DNA of 64,000 nucleotides from an uncultured virus (IMG/VR IMGVR_UViG_3300025849_000012) (Duplodnaviria > Heunggongvirae > Uroviricota > Caudoviricetes), in the IMG/VR virus record IMGVR_UViG_3300025849_000012. One strand, 5' to 3'. Below are positions 61,201 through 64,000 of this stretch, piece by piece. Every line of letters starts with the position of its first letter. The first letter of the stretch is position 1. The notes beneath the pieces are model-generated. The model was given only the letters and a program-made list of their open reading frames with translations, ran no database searches and was not told the DNA's origin. The translations under genes were made by a program, and so were the position numbers.

Positions 61201-62095
61201 TTCCACATCTTACTTCTTACATCCGGGCGGTACAAACTCTTTATTCAAAGCACTTGAAGTTGATGGTAATTTAAAATCAGGTTCAGTATTAATTAATAAC
61301 AGAACAGTTTCTACAGACACAGGAACTGGACATGACTTAATTCTTAATGCTGATACAAATGAAATAAGTGTAAGTAATAATATAATTAAAGATCTTGCTG
61401 ACCCTGTTAGTTTACAGGATGCGGCAACTAAGGCTTACGTTGATGGTGTAGCTCAAGGATTAAGAGTTATTCCTTCTGCTCTAGCAGCAACGACTGCTGA
61501 TTTAGGTGCAACGTATAATCATGGAAATGGTACACTTACTATTCCTGCTAATATTATACTTGACATCGACGGTGTAGCAAATTGGTCTCTCGGAGATAGA
61601 ATTCTTGTTAAAGATCAAACTGCTTCACTAGAAAATGGTTCCTATGAAGTTACTACAATCGGTAGCGCGGCTATTGATTGGGTAATTACTCGAGGTGAAT
61701 ACTTTAATGAAACCTCGGAAATCCCAGGAGCCTTCCAATTCGTAACTGATGGTGCCGTAAATAATGGTACTGGTTATGTTGCGACGGTAACAGATGCTGA
61801 AACATTTGCACTTGGTACTGACGACGTTATTTGGTATCAATTCTCTGGTGCGGGTACATACTCTGCCGGAAGCGCGTTAACATTAATTGGTACTGAATTT
61901 TCTATAACAGATGGTGATATTACTAATGCAAAATTAGAAAACTCTACGTTTACAGTTATTGATGAAAATGGTACAACATCTGATATATCTCTAGGTACTA
62001 ACCTAACATTTACAGGTACCGATGGAGTTGATACTACAGTAACCGCGGGTAATGTCGCGATTGCTATTAATGAAATTGACGGTGGAACGTTTTAA
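58211..62095 (+). CDS. modular tail fibre / virion structural protein
   Basis: GTG start after GGAGG; DP...DA.(N/T)K.YVD stalk motifs; two LP.GTT.ERP..G..R(F/Y)NT..FEGYDG.AW modules; duplicated QG..V.P.ALAATT.DLGA domain; ends IDGGTF. Confidence 0.75.
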   Translation: MSIKVKVGQSNKIRIVAAAEKKPLITPDSITLGIDTVGQYVAKIDAGSGIIVTPELNTENANLVISHAATSTEISSNNAGLVFAGNIDLDQYGHITQFNNRSFSEDNFAYSNNVISTNDITLGTTALTLGESSNNIVGLTTFEAGGVELFDGTFTANANITFDPGSNNVVDMSFHRVSGILDPVDGFDAINKTYLEFELDRVETTIKVFDDPIIATDATNKRYVDNLVQGFVVRPQALAATTEDLGATFETGNSTVRDTLTIPPVNFLYIDDVTTWTLGKNLLVKDQTDKTQNGSYDVIQVGSANTEWIFQRADFNTSEQLPGSYEFVTDGTINGGTGWVSTVLDAANFNLNTDPVEWAQFQGEGTFTAGAGLVLNGTQFSVNETLPLNQINPVGDDLIISGTSAVRLPQGTTLERPTEATGQIRFNTQDSQFEGYDGVAWAGLGGTVDVDQDTKVIAENSPGSDDDQLQFFTGGSRVAMMNANNVTTFYGDVNVPVISTSLRPNTTGSLTLGAPNYNFDKVFTGKLGSDDELIRIDTNGALVMPKGTTAERPVGIVGGLRYNTEDARFEGYDGTAWAGLAGSVMDLDRNTYIIAETAAGVDNNDLDFYTANTQRMQIDELGNLNFGQNLNQIVLNYNTGNLEVNTKIVSNANLVLDPTGNIDAANNTITNVADPVNLSDVVTLNYLGGQFSSKLQIEDGANSHLTDIDLLQNPTLNLGRGLELQDIDSANNELKIGLDVTGVSAEMYGTDGFTPRIRITEDGRIDFATDIPLELQANAIPNFTETSRDIIGLMFTDGNANGAGVFAVNDDANDVMNLFADNFTITLGGDLDGSAQVTRLTDTTIDADITTQFVRFIYPDGITSGVTVNQEFIGTGANANVAIGLDYSHLDTVYATLDGSTFTGNVFAPRYFDSDNNNYYGDFAGETRLNGLRVGFGLTSSQIGFADGPGSQSTLFAGQGRIGFLDNTFNFGAYSERSTGNWYVANDVHAERFVDTDSTSYFLHPGGTNSLFKALEVDGNLKSGSVLINNRTVSTDTGTGHDLILNADTNEISVSNNIIKDLADPVSLQDAATKAYVDGVAQGLRVIPSALAATTADLGATYNHGNGTLTIPANIILDIDGVANWSLGDRILVKDQTASLENGSYEVTTIGSAAIDWVITRGEYFNETSEIPGAFQFVTDGAVNNGTGYVATVTDAETFALGTDDVIWYQFSGAGTYSAGSALTLIGTEFSITDGDITNAKLENSTFTVIDENGTTSDISLGTNLTFTGTDGVDTTVTAGNVAIAINEIDGGTF

Positions 62096-62157
62096 TTTAT
62101 TAAAACTATATTATTGATTATTAAGATATATATCTATTATAACAGAAGGACATACAT

Positions 62158-64000
62158 ATGTCAACAATAAAATTACGACGCAGTTCGGTTGCGGGACGTG
62201 TACCTACAGTTGCACAGTTAGATTTTGGTGAAATCGCCATTAACACTGCTGACGGTAAACTATATTTCAAAAAATATGATGCCGTTGCTAACACAGAATC
62301 AATTATCGACGTATCGGCAGACTTAGATGCTAGTGCGGTTCTTACCCTCCTTAAAACAGTTGATGGCGTAGGATCCGGCCTTGACTCAGACCTATTAGAT
62401 GGTCAGTCTGGCGATTATTACTTAGATTATAATAACTTTACGAATGTACCACCTGCTACTTTAGACCTCACACTAGACGGTAAAGTAACGGGTAACGCAT
62501 TCTCCAATACTGGTGTTATGACTCTCACAACAGAGTTGGCTAATACTGGTGTAACCGCAGGCTCATATGGTTCGGCTTCTCTTGTACCCGTTTTCACGGT
62601 TGATGAAGATGGTCGAATTACTACAGCCAATACAGTTTCCGTGGCAGGTGTGGCAAACACTACATGGACTGTTGCTAATAATACATTTACTATTGGTACA
62701 GCTGATGGTAACTTTTACGACACACTTATTGATACGTTTACCGGCCTTGGTGTTATTGGAAACATAACAGTAACAGGCTTGGTGGATGGCCGGGATGTTG
62801 CTGCCGACGGTGCAAAGTTAGATTTATTAGAAGATGGATTGGATCTCACATTAACTGGTAAGGTTACGGGTACAGCTTCTTCAAATACTGGTGTAATGAC
62901 TCTTACTACTGAGTTAGCAAATACTGGTGTAACAGCAGGCTCATATGGTTCGGCAACCGCAGTTCCGGTAATTACCGTTGACGAAGATGGACGTTTAACA
63001 TCTGTCACAACATCTTCAGTATCTGGCGTTGATGACTTTTCTTGGCTTAGTGCAAACAATACTTTGGCATTACAAACAGGTGATGGTACAAGCTATTACG
63101 TTGAGGTTGATACCTTTGGACAGGATATTGATGTAACAGGTAATATTACTGTTACTGGCAATGTTGATGGTAGAGACGTTTCGGTTGATGGTGCTAAACT
63201 TGATTTAATTGAAGATGGCGCAACCGCTGACCAAACTGCTGCTGAAATCCTTGCAGAACTTATTACAGTTGATGGCTCAGGAACTGATTTAGATGCTGAT
63301 AAACTTGATGGATTACATGCATCAGATATTTTATCGCAGGCTGCAAATACTGCGGCAAACCAAATCGGAAATGGTAATGTTACAGTTCAAGGTGGATCAG
63401 GACTAACCGGTACTGGAAACTTTAACTTAAATGATTCCATTAATACAATAATTACAATAACCCACGACGATACATCTTCAGTTGTTGATACTTCATTAGC
63501 ATCAGGTCGTGTACTCACTGGTCTAACCTTTGATACGAATGGTCACGTACTAACACATGCAAATACACAACTTGACGATCGTTATTATACCGAAACAGAA
63601 TTAGATGCTGGTCAACTCGATAATAGATACTTTACTGAAACTGAGTTAACAAATGGTGAACTTGACAGTCGTTATTATACAGAGACCGAGCTAGATAATG
63701 GTCAACTTAATTCACTTTATTATACTGAAACAGAGTTAGATAACGGCCAACTTAATTCTCTTTACTACACAGAGACTGAATTAGATAATGGTCAACTTGA
63801 TAGCAGATATTATACTGAAACAGAATTAGATGCTGGTCAATTAGACAATCGTTATTATACTGAAACCGAAGCTGATAACAGATTTGTTAATGTTACTGGT
63901 GATACAATTACAGGTAACTTAACGGTTGAAGGTAATTTAAGTTTAGAACATTCTACGTTTATATCAGCAACAACTTCAACGTCCTCAACAACATCTACTA
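62158..64000 (+). CDS. long tail fibre protein, 3'-truncated (not in ORF track)
   Basis: AAGGA RBS; MSTIKLRRSSVAGRVPTVAQLDFGEIAINTADGKLYF; TVDG.GS.LD.D.LDG motifs; frame appears open to the window end. Confidence 0.8.
   Translation, partial: MSTIKLRRSSVAGRVPTVAQLDFGEIAINTADGKLYFKKYDAVANTESIIDVSADLDASAVLTLLKTVDGVGSGLDSDLLDGQSGDYYLDYNNFTNVPPATLDLTLDGKVTGNAFSNTGVMTLTTELANTGVTAGSYGSASLVPVFTVDEDGRITTANTVSVAGVANTTWTVANNTFTIGTADGNFYDTLIDTFTGLGVIGNITVTGLVDGRDVAADGAKLDLLEDGLDLTLTGKVTGTASSNTGVMTLTTELANTGVTAGSYGSATAVPVITVDEDGRLTSVTTSSVSGVDDFSWLSANNTLALQTGDGTSYYVEVDTFGQDIDVTGNITVTGNVDGRDVSVDGAKLDLIEDGATADQTAAEILAELITVDGSGTDLDADKLDGLHASDILSQAANTAANQIGNGNVTVQGGSGLTGTGNFNLNDSINTIITITHDDTSSVVDTSLASGRVLTGLTFDTNGHVLTHANTQLDDRYYTETELDAGQLDNRYFTETELTNGELDSRYYTETELDNGQLNSLYYTETELDNGQLNSLYYTETELDNGQLDSRYYTETELDAGQLDNRYYTETEADNRFVNVTGDTITGNLTVEGNLSLEHSTFISATTSTSSTTST
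62460..63050 (+). repeat. internal duplication in the fibre gene
   Basis: LDLTL.GKVTG.A.SNTGVMTLTTELANTGVTAGSYGSA..VPV.TVDEDGR at about 62460 and about 62840. Confidence 0.8.
63571..63885 (+). repeat. 7 x 45-bp tandem coding repeat (L-D-x-R-Y-Y-T-E-T-E-L-D-x-G-Q)
   Basis: LDDRYYTETELDAGQ, LDNRYFTETELTNGE, LDSRYYTETELDNGQ, LNSLYYTETELDNGQ (x2), LDSRYYTETELDAGQ, LDNRYYTETEADNRF. Confidence 0.9.

Noticed and set aside
62096..62157. AT-rich palindrome AGATATATATCT before the last fibre gene
   Set aside because: Low complexity and no exact TATAAATA; cannot be distinguished from chance.
63571..63885. 45-bp repeats as a CRISPR array or DGR template/variable pair
   Set aside because: In-frame coding repeats without spacers; differences are not adenine-specific and no reverse transcriptase is in the window.
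1..64000. tRNA/rRNA genes, introns, inteins and an impression of frequent GANTC sites
   Set aside because: Intergenic gaps are too short and no cloverleaf or splicing motifs were seen. GANTC frequency cannot be counted reliably by eye and may just reflect Asp-Ser and Glu-Ser codons.

Overview
AT-rich, gene-dense 64 kb segment of a large T4-like myovirus genome, probably aquatic. A proteobacterial host is suggested by an IbpA-type hsp20 with a ROSE-like leader, and no photosynthesis genes occur in the window. Positions 1-10.8 kb (+) hold a DNA-modification cluster (alpha-glucosyltransferase homologue, HAD-phosphatase/kinase fusion, cytidylyltransferase, C5 cytosine methyltransferase, DexA-like exonuclease, GT-A glycosyltransferase), then gp45/gp44/gp62/regA, dUTPase, hsp20 and small accessory ORFs. 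Positions 10.8-15.5 kb (-) hold gp4, gp2, a gp54/gp19-like gene, gp26, gp51 and a tape-measure-like gene. Positions 15.6-64 kb (+) hold the baseplate genes (gp48, split gp53, hub, gp5, gp25, gp6, gp7, gp8), a subtilase, several fibres/adhesins and a 4016-aa giant protein. Highlights: (1) the giant protein carries about 12 helical repeats matching the phycobiliprotein chromophore-binding pattern (11 keep C-x-R-D); (2) a candidate DNA hypermodification pathway whose enzymes end in sliding-clamp-binding-like motifs; (3) a candidate G/GT-type -1 frameshift joining gp26 to gp51; (4) a ROSE-like RNA thermometer on hsp20. All calls come from motif recognition by eye; no database searches were run.
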